From: an uncultured virus (IMG/VR IMGVR_UViG_3300006923_003182) | Taxonomy: Duplodnaviria; Heunggongvirae; Uroviricota; Caudoviricetes | Virus record (IMG/VR): IMGVR_UViG_3300006923_003182 | Coordinates: 1-64,000 of that record | Length of the DNA: 64,000 nucleotides | Direction: 5' to 3' (one strand) | Shown here: positions 37,474 through 46,852 of the stretch, in pieces | Layout: each line of letters begins with the position of its first letter | How positions within the stretch are numbered: position 1 is the first letter of the stretch | The notes under the pieces: model-generated | Told to the model about the DNA's origin: nothing | The model's input: only the letters and a program-made list of their open reading frames with translations | The model's database searches: none | Program-made: the position numbers and the translations under genes

Positions 37474-38570
37474 TTTTTACTTCCATAATTAAAGAAAAGA
37501 TTAATATTATGAGATATATACTCCAATTCATCTGCTTTTAGCCCAGGATAAATAGGGAGTGATAAGACCTCATCGCAGGTCTTTCTCGACTCCAGCAGGC
37601 CGTCTGAGTCTGCGAACGCCGAATAGTCACAAAGAGGTGCCGGATAATATATATTCGAGGGGATCCCATTGTTGTATAAAAACTTTTTCAAATCGTCCCT
37701 TCGACTTGTTCTTATTGTGAACTGATTAAAAGAGTGTAGGCTACATTTCTTTGGCAAAACAATGTTTTCGATATCACCTATAGCATTAAAGTAAAATCTA
37801 GCATTCTCCCTTCTCTTTTCAATCCATTCGTCCGCTTTCTGAATTAATACTGATAAAAATGCAGCCTGCAATGCATCCAGCCTATAGTTTCCGCCAGTAA
37901 TTTCATAGTTATACTTTGATGACATGCCATGTTTTCTAATCATTCTTAGTCGTTGATCGACCCCCCCGTCGCCCGTGGTAACCGCGCCCCCGTCCCCAAG
38001 GCATCCTAGATTTTTTGCCGGAAAAAAACTAAAACTGCTCGCTATCCCGAAGCTTCCATTTGGGGCACCATAAGATTGAGCACAATCCTCTATAAGATGG
38101 ATCCCCCTATCTCTGCATGCAGCCGATAGACTGCTTAGATCGCTATACTCTCCAAACAGGTGAACAAAGATTACCGCCTTCGTAGCTCCCGTGCAAGAGT
38201 TCATTATTCCATCGACAGACGGGGAAAAGGATCCTGGAGCAAGGTCTACAAAAACAGGAGTCAGACCCGCTTTTGAGATAACCGATGCAGATGATATAAA
38301 CGTAAAAGCCGGGACTATAACCTCAGATCCCGGTGGTAAGTCGAGAGATGTTAATATCGCAGTTAATGCGTCTGTGCCGTTCGACACTCCAACGCAATAT
38401 TTCGACCCAACTTTTCTGGAAAAAATATCCTCAAAAAGCTCAACTTCGGAGCCTAAGATAAAGTTTCCATGCTCAAGGCACCTCTCCAGGCATCCGACCA
38501 GCTCTTTCCTGCTGCCGCTTAACATTTTTGAAAAATTAAAAAAATCAATATTTGTATCTATTTTTTCCAA
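37470..38570 (-). CDS. DegT/DnrJ PLP sugar aminotransferase (WbpE-like)
   Basis: VSNGTDAL, EDCAQS, SFFPAKNLGCLGDGG, LSLPIYP. Confidence 0.92.
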   Translation of the reverse strand: MEKIDTNIDFFNFSKMLSGSRKELVGCLERCLEHGNFILGSEVELFEDIFSRKVGSKYCVGVSNGTDALTAILTSLDLPPGSEVIVPAFTFISSASVISKAGLTPVFVDLAPGSFSPSVDGIMNSCTGATKAVIFVHLFGEYSDLSSLSAACRDRGIHLIEDCAQSYGAPNGSFGIASSFSFFPAKNLGCLGDGGAVTTGDGGVDQRLRMIRKHGMSSKYNYEITGGNYRLDALQAAFLSVLIQKADEWIEKRRENARFYFNAIGDIENIVLPKKCSLHSFNQFTIRTSRRDDLKKFLYNNGIPSNIYYPAPLCDYSAFADSDGLLESRKTCDEVLSLPIYPGLKADELEYISHNINLFFNYGSKK

Positions 38571-39415
38571 AAAACCTCTCCATTAAATGCTATACTATCG
38601 TGCGGAACTTTAAAGATATCGAGCCATATGTTAAATTGGCAAAAAAACATTTTCTGCCTCTTGCTTTTCGGCTCCACCGCGAACCCCTTTGCTCTCAATG
38701 CCTCGACGTGCTTGTCAATTATGTCGTGGTCTACCCACTCCATAATAAAGCCACTTTTATCTCTAAATACAAAGTCTTTAGAGAAATCTTCTAAAAGTAA
38801 TTCTTTTATTATCTTTTTGCCAAAAGACTCTTTGTTGTATTCTTGCAAATCACGATCCAAGAATGGGTACCGTCCTTCGATGTCAAATTTTAAGCCCATT
38901 TTATCATTTTTCCGAAGGTGATGAAAAATAAGAAGATTCTTATCGTGATGTAGCTTGTCCTGGTTGGTTTTCGCAGAAATCTCTGCGAAAAGCCCTCTGG
39001 GATACTCTTCCGTGTCATAATATGAGTACCCGCCATATAACTCATCGGATCCTAGTCCGCTTATGCTTACTCTTTTTTGTTTTTTATTAATCTCACGATA
39101 AAGAAAATATCCAACCGATACCCAGTAAAACGGCTCCTCCCATATTCTCACTATTTCATATAAATAATCTTCAAAAGAGTCTATCCTGTGAGAGAAGTAA
39201 TGTACATTTATTCCATATTTATCTTCAACAATTTTAGCATACTTATCGTCGCCATAGCACAAGAAGAGGCAATCCTCTTCTCGCCCTAGCTCGCACACCG
39301 CCTTCACTATGAGTGAGCTGTCGAGCCCTCCCGATAGTGGCACAGCGCAGTTCTTGGTTATCCTTTTTTCGACTGCTATTTTAAAGTTTTTATAGTATTT
39401 TTGCGCTACTGACAT
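38558..39415 (-). CDS. asparagine-synthase-like amidotransferase, synthetase half
   Basis: LSGGLDSS, SGLGSDELYGGY, DKMGL...EGRYPFLD. Confidence 0.85.
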   Translation of the reverse strand: MSVAQKYYKNFKIAVEKRITKNCAVPLSGGLDSSLIVKAVCELGREEDCLFLCYGDDKYAKIVEDKYGINVHYFSHRIDSFEDYLYEIVRIWEEPFYWVSVGYFLYREINKKQKRVSISGLGSDELYGGYSYYDTEEYPRGLFAEISAKTNQDKLHHDKNLLIFHHLRKNDKMGLKFDIEGRYPFLDRDLQEYNKESFGKKIIKELLLEDFSKDFVFRDKSGFIMEWVDHDIIDKHVEALRAKGFAVEPKSKRQKMFFCQFNIWLDIFKVPHDSIAFNGEVFWKK

Positions 39416-39917
39416 TTCCGAATCCAGTTATGTTTGTACTATTAAAATCTATTAATGGGAGCGATGAAATATTTGACGAATATACCACTGATCCCTCAAA
39501 GCTCTGCATATATAGTGATCTTACTTTAAATGGATCTGTATAAACATACTCTTTTTTATTTTTCTTGTCCCAAATGAGTATAGCGTACTGTCCATCTAAT
39601 CTCTTTACGAAATCTTCGCCCCACTTCTTAAATGAGAATAATATTGTTTCGAAATCAGAATCATACTTAAAATCATACTCTTTAAGCTCTTTGTTTATTT
39701 CTCTGTAATTATATATTTCGCCATTAAATAAGAGAACATAGTCATCACACTCTAATGGGAGCTGCATTGTATCTTCGCCTGTAATCTGCAGTCTCGTCTG
39801 TATGAGCTGTGCCCCGTCTCCTATGAATTCTCCACAAGAATCTGGGCCGCGATCCTTTATTGAATCCGGAATTTCTGGATATCTATAGTCACCAATTACC
39901 GCAAGTATTCCGCACAC
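39390..39917 (-). CDS. asparagine-synthase-like amidotransferase, Ntn glutaminase half
   Basis: GTG start 39917 (GAGG upstream) puts Cys at position 2 (CGIL); RGPD, FNGEIYNY, SDFE, LDGQYA. Confidence 0.85.
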   Translation of the reverse strand: MCGILAVIGDYRYPEIPDSIKDRGPDSCGEFIGDGAQLIQTRLQITGEDTMQLPLECDDYVLLFNGEIYNYREINKELKEYDFKYDSDFETILFSFKKWGEDFVKRLDGQYAILIWDKKNKKEYVYTDPFKVRSLYMQSFEGSVVYSSNISSLPLIDFNSTNITGFGNVSSAKIL

Positions 39918-39925
39918 CATACACC

Positions 39926-40522
39926 TCACTCGAAATGGTAAAGACAGTACTTTGCCTTACAGGAGTTGGCATAATATTCCCATATTTTTTCAAACCCAAA
40001 TTGCTCGTAATCCCTCGGAAACCAATATGGAGCCATCTCTGCGGTCCCCTGGGGCTCTCTGTCTGGAGCTTCAAATATCACAATTATTTTTCCAATTCTC
40101 TTTAGATTATCAATAATCTCATCTACTTCGGGAATATGACATAAGACAGAATTCACATAAACAACATCATATTTTTTAGTTATACTGGGCAGGTCTGTAT
40201 CGTCCCCCACCCATATATTTCTCAGTCCGAACACCCTCCTCCCCTCTTCAATGGCGCGTTCACTGATATCGATTCCATAAACTTCTATATTTCTTTCCCT
40301 AAACTGGTTGAGATGCCTCCCTATATTGCACCCAAATTCAAATAGCGTCGTTGGAGAGAGGGAGTCTATGTAGTCGTATATATAAAAATTATTTTCAAAA
40401 ATATTATATTGAAAATGATATTTATTTTTATAGTACTCCCCCGCACTACTGCTCGGCCCCGTGGGAGTCTTAGGCCCCAAGAGTGACTCAATTAAGTCTT
40501 TATATAAATACCTATGAGCCAT
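39926..40522 (-). CDS. class I SAM-dependent methyltransferase
   Basis: LFEFGCNIG, GIDISE, YDVVYVNSVLCHI. Confidence 0.85.
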   Translation of the reverse strand: MAHRYLYKDLIESLLGPKTPTGPSSSAGEYYKNKYHFQYNIFENNFYIYDYIDSLSPTTLFEFGCNIGRHLNQFRERNIEVYGIDISERAIEEGRRVFGLRNIWVGDDTDLPSITKKYDVVYVNSVLCHIPEVDEIIDNLKRIGKIIVIFEAPDREPQGTAEMAPYWFPRDYEQFGFEKIWEYYANSCKAKYCLYHFE

Positions 40523-41510
40523 TCGACTTCCTTATTTTTTCCAGTTCGAATATCTCTGGGATCTCTTGGCGGATATACTCATCGCTTACAACTTCATGAT
40601 TGACGCGTATAATGGATTTTGTCATATTTACTTCGCCCTTTATATCACACATAACAAGGCCATTCTCCCTGCACGAGAAGTGAAGGTGTCTTTTTCTATG
40701 GTTTTTTATGGCATCTCTTGGCCATTTGTCTAAATACTTATCCTCACTGTCGAGCCATAGCTTCCACTCTAATTTCTCCAATATTTCTTTCGATAACGCC
40801 CTCCCCGGAGCAATAGGCTCTCCTCGATGATGTCCGATACCCTTTATATTCCCCTGATATCCATTCGAATAAGTTGAGTATTTCGTTAATAAGTCATAAT
40901 AATATATGTCTAATGAGGCTATTTCGTCATACTTCTTCTTTTGCATATTCAACAATACAAATAAAAAATACTTATCTGAGAATAAATTATCGGACCCCGT
41001 CAGGATAACATAGTCTGGGTCGTATTCCTTGCACGCCAGCAGCCTAATGTTCGCCTTTCTCCCCAGCGGAGCGTTGGGGGATTCCACATACTTAAACCCA
41101 CAGCCTTCCACCAGTTCTCGCGACAACCTGCCCTCACTGCCGACGACTACTACATTTATAGTGATCTTTGGAAATCTATTTTTTAATCGCCTGATTCCCG
41201 CAGCCCAGGCCATGAAGACGTCATGACGTCTCCATATCATTGTGGCAATAACTATGCTCAGGCCGGCAGGCTCCGGATCGGAAAATAATTTTTTGTTAAA
41301 CTTATTTACTCCATATCTATAAATCTTTTTTTTATTAGAATATTGAACAATCGGTTTCGACTTCCCGCCGCTCTTACTCTGGAGAGGCAGCTGGTCCGAT
41401 GGGATCGTATATATCCTACTTGTATTTTCAATAGCCCCCCCAGACGATGATGAGGCCTTCCTTATGGACTTAAAGTTGGCGTTCTTCTTTTTTATTTTTA
41501 TTTTTTTCAC
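40512..41510 (-). CDS. putative GT-A-fold glycosyltransferase
   Basis: IVIATMIWRR, VGSEG, NAPLGRK.N, LTGSDN; paralogous to the C-half of 42507..43889. Confidence 0.55.
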   Translation of the reverse strand: MKKIKIKKKNANFKSIRKASSSSGGAIENTSRIYTIPSDQLPLQSKSGGKSKPIVQYSNKKKIYRYGVNKFNKKLFSDPEPAGLSIVIATMIWRRHDVFMAWAAGIRRLKNRFPKITINVVVVGSEGRLSRELVEGCGFKYVESPNAPLGRKANIRLLACKEYDPDYVILTGSDNLFSDKYFLFVLLNMQKKKYDEIASLDIYYYDLLTKYSTYSNGYQGNIKGIGHHRGEPIAPGRALSKEILEKLEWKLWLDSEDKYLDKWPRDAIKNHRKRHLHFSCRENGLVMCDIKGEVNMTKSIIRVNHEVVSDEYIRQEIPEIFELEKIRKSNGS

Positions 41511-41514
41511 TTTG

Positions 41515-41991
41515 TTATTTAATCTTTATTTTATAAAATTTTGCCGGGGACCCAAACCAGACTTCTTTATCTGGGATGTTGCTTCGAACCTGAGAACACG
41601 CGCCAATAATACAATCGCTTCCTATCTCAAATCCAGGCATGAGAGTTACGTTCGCCCCAATGAGCGTTCCGTTTCCAATCCCCACAACCATCTTCTCGTC
41701 GTTCCTGCTCAAGTCTGCCGTGTCTGTCAGCACAAACCCATATTTTATTAAAACATTAGAGCCGATAACGGCGTTCGCAGAGATTGTACACCTACTTCCA
41801 AACGATGTTCCATCACCTATTGTGACATTCTCCCGAATCTCACAATAGGCCGTAAAACTACAGTTTTTTCCAATTTTTGACCCACTTCTTATGATACAAA
41901 ATGGGCCAACCTTGGTACCGTCCCCAATCTCAACTCCATCTTCAATATATGCAAGCGGATGTATTTCCAAATTTCTTCCCAAATCTCTCAC
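41515..41991 (-). CDS. hexapeptide-repeat acetyltransferase (WbpD-like)
   Basis: IHPLAYIEDGVEIGDGTKVG repeats; GSPAK. Confidence 0.85.
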   Translation of the reverse strand: MRDLGRNLEIHPLAYIEDGVEIGDGTKVGPFCIIRSGSKIGKNCSFTAYCEIRENVTIGDGTSFGSRCTISANAVIGSNVLIKYGFVLTDTADLSRNDEKMVVGIGNGTLIGANVTLMPGFEIGSDCIIGACSQVRSNIPDKEVWFGSPAKFYKIKIK

Positions 41992-42506
41992 TATGCGCCC
42001 CCCTCGGCCGTCTGCCGATCTAGTTTTCTAATTATTTTCGCCGGAGAGCCATAAATAAGCACTTCATTTTCATAAAACGATGAAGTGACTACAGAGCCCA
42101 TCCCTATTATATTTTTGCTACCCAGCACAGCCCTATTTCTAATGCAACAGTTTATTTTTATCTTGTTTAAGCTGCCAATTTTACAAAATCCAGCCAAAAT
42201 CGCTCGCACTCCGATTTCATTTTTGTCCCCAATTAAAACATCGTGGCCAATATTCGAGTAATTCATTATAAAATTTCCAGACCCTATCGCTGTATCGCTC
42301 TCTGCTCCGGACATTATAGAGACATGAGCTCCAATCCAATTATCATCTCCAATTACAACCCCGCAAACATCATCGGGGCCGCTACTGGTAAACCCCGGCA
42401 GACCTATAACTGCGTATGGGTATATTATATTTCCAGTTCCAATCACAACGTTATCGCAAATAATCGCCGTACTATGAATCTTGTTTCCATCTATAAAACT
42501 CCACAT
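41991..42506 (-). CDS. hexapeptide-repeat acyltransferase
   Basis: IHSTAII, IGHDVLIG, IGMGSVVT, GSPAK. Confidence 0.85.
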   Translation of the reverse strand: MWSFIDGNKIHSTAIICDNVVIGTGNIIYPYAVIGLPGFTSSGPDDVCGVVIGDDNWIGAHVSIMSGAESDTAIGSGNFIMNYSNIGHDVLIGDKNEIGVRAILAGFCKIGSLNKIKINCCIRNRAVLGSKNIIGMGSVVTSSFYENEVLIYGSPAKIIRKLDRQTAEGGA

Positions 42507-43889
42507 TTACTTGATCATCTCCAAGATTCTACTACGCTCATCATCCGTCAGCTCTCTATTATTCGATGTTTTTAATATCTGCTTAAGAGTGGTTCTATTC
42601 CCCTCTGTCTTTATATCTACAATTATACCATTTATATCCTTCATGCTCAGGACCGTCTGGCTCTTGATTGATTTCAATTTTTTAGACCAAAGCTTTCCAT
42701 CGGGAGAGTTATTCGCGTCGTCTGGCCATAAATTTGGACCAATTCTTTCAACCAATGACCGACTGAGGCATCGCCCGGGGGCGAGCGGCTCTGTTGATCG
42801 CCCTCCCTTGTACCCAAATGTATATGCCCCAGTCTTGGACTTCATATCGTAAAAGTACAAGTCGCCCCAACTTATTAAATCATATGACATTGCCTTGGTC
42901 TTCAGTTCGGAAAAAACTTCCTTGGAAATTAAATCATCACTGCCTAACAGGATTATGTGGGTGTATTGCTTGCTCTTTATGAACCACTTTATTCTGGCAT
43001 TAAACTTCCGTCCAAGTGGCTTATTTTTCTCCTCGACGTAGTGGCACCCGAGACTTTTTGATAGCAACTCCGATCTGCGACCCTCACTTCCGACTGCCAA
43101 TATATCTGCAAATTGACTATTATTCTTTACGAACAGCCTAAATACATCCTCTCTTCTCCAGATTGGGGTAGCTATCAATGGCCGGAACTCGCTACGTGGC
43201 GGTGGGAGCTTTCTTTTGCTCTTATTCCTCAGAGAACTAGACAGACCCTTGGAGGCTCCGTTGTAAGCTTTTTTACTTATATAACTTCCGTCCATTTTCC
43301 ACTTTCTTTTTAGATATCCGACGAAGTGTCTTGCTCCAGCGTCACTTCCGAATTTTCTCATCTTCTGTGTATACTCATAATATTTTGAAAATGCTATAGC
43401 TGCCGTCGGAGCCGAATCGTGGTCCCCGAGTACTTTGGATATTTCAACATTTTGGTACCCCAACTTCGCAGCTCTTTTTGCAAAGTCTCGGTCACCACCC
43501 AGAACATCTCTAAACTCTAACTGCTGCAGCGCCTCAGAGCTCCATAGCTTCAATGAGCCAATCTTCTTCTCTAAGAATAAATCATATAATAACGAGGAGG
43601 CATTAAGAATTTTTACTCCATCTGCTTCTTTCTTTTTTGCGAACTTGAGCAGCTCAGTGATAGCATTTTTCTTAAGATACATGTCCTCATCTATCTGAAG
43701 GCACCACTTGGTACCAACACACGCATTTCGCATAGTGTTTAGCCACGCAGATTGTGGCGACTTATTTTTAATAACCACAACTTCAACAACATTTGGGCTC
43801 TCAGCGGCTAATTCATCTATTATCTTCTTGCAGCGAGCAAACGTTGGAGACCCAACCGTTCCGATGCATATTGTTATTGAGTCACCCAT
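42507..43889 (-). CDS. two-domain putative glycosyltransferase (GT-A x2)
   Basis: N-half LQIDEDM (DxD); C-half ATPIWRR, VGSEG, NKPLGRKFN, LLGSDD. Confidence 0.6.
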   Translation of the reverse strand: MGDSITICIGTVGSPTFARCKKIIDELAAESPNVVEVVVIKNKSPQSAWLNTMRNACVGTKWCLQIDEDMYLKKNAITELLKFAKKKEADGVKILNASSLLYDLFLEKKIGSLKLWSSEALQQLEFRDVLGGDRDFAKRAAKLGYQNVEISKVLGDHDSAPTAAIAFSKYYEYTQKMRKFGSDAGARHFVGYLKRKWKMDGSYISKKAYNGASKGLSSSLRNKSKRKLPPPRSEFRPLIATPIWRREDVFRLFVKNNSQFADILAVGSEGRRSELLSKSLGCHYVEEKNKPLGRKFNARIKWFIKSKQYTHIILLGSDDLISKEVFSELKTKAMSYDLISWGDLYFYDMKSKTGAYTFGYKGGRSTEPLAPGRCLSRSLVERIGPNLWPDDANNSPDGKLWSKKLKSIKSQTVLSMKDINGIIVDIKTEGNRTTLKQILKTSNNRELTDDERSRILEMIK

Positions 43890-44812
43890 TACGCTCTATC
43901 CTTCAAGAAATTATCAAACAAGGTTTGAGCCCTGCTGTCCGGGAAGTGATTATCTCTAGCATACTTAGCAATTTTATTATAAGAATATTTATTATTATTT
44001 AATTTATTTCCCTTTGAAATCATATCTTTCTTTCCGGAAAATACCTCCCCCAAGAATGGATTGCTCATTACTATTTTAGCTTCCGGAATATTTCTCTCAA
44101 TGAGGACCGGCATTCCGGCACCTATGTACTCAAAGAATTTTGACGAACTTTCTCTCTGAAGCTTCTTGCTTCCTAGCGGATAAATTGACGGGACAAACCC
44201 AGCAAAGTAGTGGCCACGATTTAGCTCCTGATAGAGCTTGCTATGGCTTTTCGGCTCCAAAATTAAAGAACCTGGAATTTTAGACTGCACGAATTCTATA
44301 TTCTCCTTAAATCCTGGAGAGCTCCTGGTGAATCTCAATATACTTTTCCCTCGCCAGTATTTTATCGGATAAACCCCAAAGCTAATTCCCGAGGCATTCA
44401 TTGTCTTTATCTTTGCTTCAGCCAAGGGAGAGAGTCTTCCCAAGTAGGCCATTCGCACCCGGTCCGTGGTGGCTATTTTTATATCCCTATCTCCATGGCA
44501 GTAATTCATTAAAATAAACTGATTATTTTTTGGAGCAGGGTATGGGGATATCGAGCAGGCTGTATCTACCCCGGTCATATCGAATCCGCACTCGGTAATC
44601 TTCAAAGTATATTTCGAACTAATCTTTCTCCTTAGAGGCGTTCTGTCAATAATTGCGAAATCATACTTTAAATCATAATCATTAATAAAGGATTCAAATT
44701 CACATATTTTATGCAATTCTTCAACTATCTTTCCAATCTTACATGGAGAGCAGTGATAGAGCCCGCCTCTACCATAGTTGCCGGAATATCTTGAGAAGAT
44801 TCCAATCCTCAC
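43889..44812 (-). CDS. putative GT-B glycosyltransferase
   Basis: YLGRL, SSKFFEYIGAGMPVL. Confidence 0.6.
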   Translation of the reverse strand: MRIGIFSRYSGNYGRGGLYHCSPCKIGKIVEELHKICEFESFINDYDLKYDFAIIDRTPLRRKISSKYTLKITECGFDMTGVDTACSISPYPAPKNNQFILMNYCHGDRDIKIATTDRVRMAYLGRLSPLAEAKIKTMNASGISFGVYPIKYWRGKSILRFTRSSPGFKENIEFVQSKIPGSLILEPKSHSKLYQELNRGHYFAGFVPSIYPLGSKKLQRESSSKFFEYIGAGMPVLIERNIPEAKIVMSNPFLGEVFSGKKDMISKGNKLNNNKYSYNKIAKYARDNHFPDSRAQTLFDNFLKDRA

Positions 44813-45747
44813 TTCAATACCTCTTCGAAAGCTTCGCCCCAGCGCTCTTTGTATTCTTTAATTCCAAACACTTTGATCGCCCTGGCTCGACCGGCCGCGC
44901 TCAGCTCCGCTTGCAAATCTTTTGACCCCAAAATTCTCTTACACGCCGCTAACATATCTTCCTTCGTATCTGCAAAAAGACAGTCTCTCCCGCCCCTTAG
45001 GTGCCTGCTTATTCCATGATTATTAGTTGTGACTAGCGGAGCCCCGCACATCATTGCCTCGACCCTGCTGCGAGGCATAGCGCTTCGCACAGTGGAATTC
45101 AGGCAAACCCCATACTTATTATATTTTTGCACTAATTTCTTTAACGGAAAGTTTCCAATACTCTCGGGCAGGTCCTCGTCTCCATGGCCAACCAAGTCGC
45201 ACAAGCCAGTCTTTTCGGAGACATACCTCCACTCATCAAATCCTAATATTGCCCCTCTTTTTTCGAATACATTCGCTACGGTCAAGATCCTATCATTTCT
45301 TTTCAGCTTCATATCGCAAAATTCATCCGGATCAAATCCGTGGGGGATGTAAAAATGTTTTTTTCCAGGCAAGTTTTTATAATTCTTATCCATCGCATAT
45401 TTGGAATTCCACACAACCACTCTGGCCCACCTTGGAATAGAAAAGGGAGCATCCGTCTGAACTACGGCAATTCCCGGTGCGCGATGCCTTCTTCGAAATG
45501 GCTCAAGCCTTTTTGCTCCCGGTGACACGCGAACCATAATAATATTATATTTTCGCGTCATTAGTGCGCGCTCTTTTGCGGCAACGATGTTCGCCTTATC
45601 TCCGCTAATAGCTGGTCGGCCGAAGTCCTCATCGGTCGGGGCACGGCCGTTGAGTTTGGTGCACCAAAATCGAGGACCAGTCTTAAAGAACTCATATTGA
45701 TGCCCGCCATGAACGAGCCAATCCATAATTTCCAATTTTTCAACCAT
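44809..45747 (-). CDS. GT4-like glycosyltransferase
   Basis: IPHGFD, MPRSRVEAMMCGAPLVT. Confidence 0.8.
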   Translation of the reverse strand: MVEKLEIMDWLVHGGHQYEFFKTGPRFWCTKLNGRAPTDEDFGRPAISGDKANIVAAKERALMTRKYNIIMVRVSPGAKRLEPFRRRHRAPGIAVVQTDAPFSIPRWARVVVWNSKYAMDKNYKNLPGKKHFYIPHGFDPDEFCDMKLKRNDRILTVANVFEKRGAILGFDEWRYVSEKTGLCDLVGHGDEDLPESIGNFPLKKLVQKYNKYGVCLNSTVRSAMPRSRVEAMMCGAPLVTTNNHGISRHLRGGRDCLFADTKEDMLAACKRILGSKDLQAELSAAGRARAIKVFGIKEYKERWGEAFEEVLK

Positions 45748-46852
45748 AGTTTTTAAACCGATCTTTCTTTAAAATTTCTTCAATTCTACTCCCGACGGCC
45801 TCTATTGTCATGGTTTTTGATATATTTTTTGCGTTAATGACCTTGTCGGCTATGTCTTCGTTATTCTCGAATACGTTTCTCATATTTTTGCGCAAAGAAG
45901 AGGTGGAGGGATATGCCCAATTCTGAGTCTTATTGTATAATGGCTGCCAGCCCATGCCCTTCACTGGGCCGATTTTGTGAGCAATTATATTTGCGCTATT
46001 TTCATCTAAAAATTCTGTTATCCCGCCGAACTTTGTAGTTATCAAATGATTCCCGGCCTCAATGGCATCATGAATCGGCATCCCCCATCCTTCGCCGCGA
46101 TGCGGAGCCACATAGCAGTCGCCATAATTATGAATTGCTTTAATTTGCTCAAATGGAATTTTTTCGTCAATTAAGTATACTTTTGGATAAAACTTTTTAT
46201 TTAGTCTTCTCTTTATATTTATAATATCAAGATAAATCTGCTCTTTTTTGTACTTATCCGGATCGAGCTTGCTGGTTTTTATAAGCAATAAAACCTTATC
46301 CTTCCGGGCGAACTCGTTGTAATAGGCCGTTAGTAGCTCTTTGTACCCCTTTCTCTCGTGCCATTGAAATATAGAATAAAACTTAAATACATCATCCGAT
46401 ATTAAAAGCTCAGAAGTTGCCGGGGACGGAACCGCCACAGTTAGCGCTGAGGAGCTCCAGATGGACGGGGTTGGCACGACCTCTATGTGACCTTTAAAGC
46501 CAGCCCTGCGACAGGCTGTGGCGACCAGTTCGCATGGTGCCCATATCTCATCCAAAAACTTTATAGAACTACGCCAAGGCGTGGGCAAAGCATCCGCCTC
46601 CCAGTAGAAATAGCCTATTTTATAATTATTTGACTTATGCTGGCTAAAGGGTGGCATATTCAAATATAAATCAATTTTGGGCGAACCAGAAAAGTTATTT
46701 AGCTTGATGTTAAAATCCGAAGGGCTTGAGCTTAATTCAAATTTTGTATTTACATCCGACCCAGACAACGCGAGTGCAAAAGCTCTACTGGCATTTGCAT
46801 ACCCAGAGGGGCCCGAGGTTTTTGCGAAATATCTTATTGAAGGCAGAGGCAT
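45740..46852 (-). CDS. GT4-like glycosyltransferase
   Basis: SGYANA, WHERKG, PHRGEGWGMP. Confidence 0.85.
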   Translation of the reverse strand: MPLPSIRYFAKTSGPSGYANASRAFALALSGSDVNTKFELSSSPSDFNIKLNNFSGSPKIDLYLNMPPFSQHKSNNYKIGYFYWEADALPTPWRSSIKFLDEIWAPCELVATACRRAGFKGHIEVVPTPSIWSSSALTVAVPSPATSELLISDDVFKFYSIFQWHERKGYKELLTAYYNEFARKDKVLLLIKTSKLDPDKYKKEQIYLDIINIKRRLNKKFYPKVYLIDEKIPFEQIKAIHNYGDCYVAPHRGEGWGMPIHDAIEAGNHLITTKFGGITEFLDENSANIIAHKIGPVKGMGWQPLYNKTQNWAYPSTSSLRKNMRNVFENNEDIADKVINAKNISKTMTIEAVGSRIEEILKKDRFKNYG

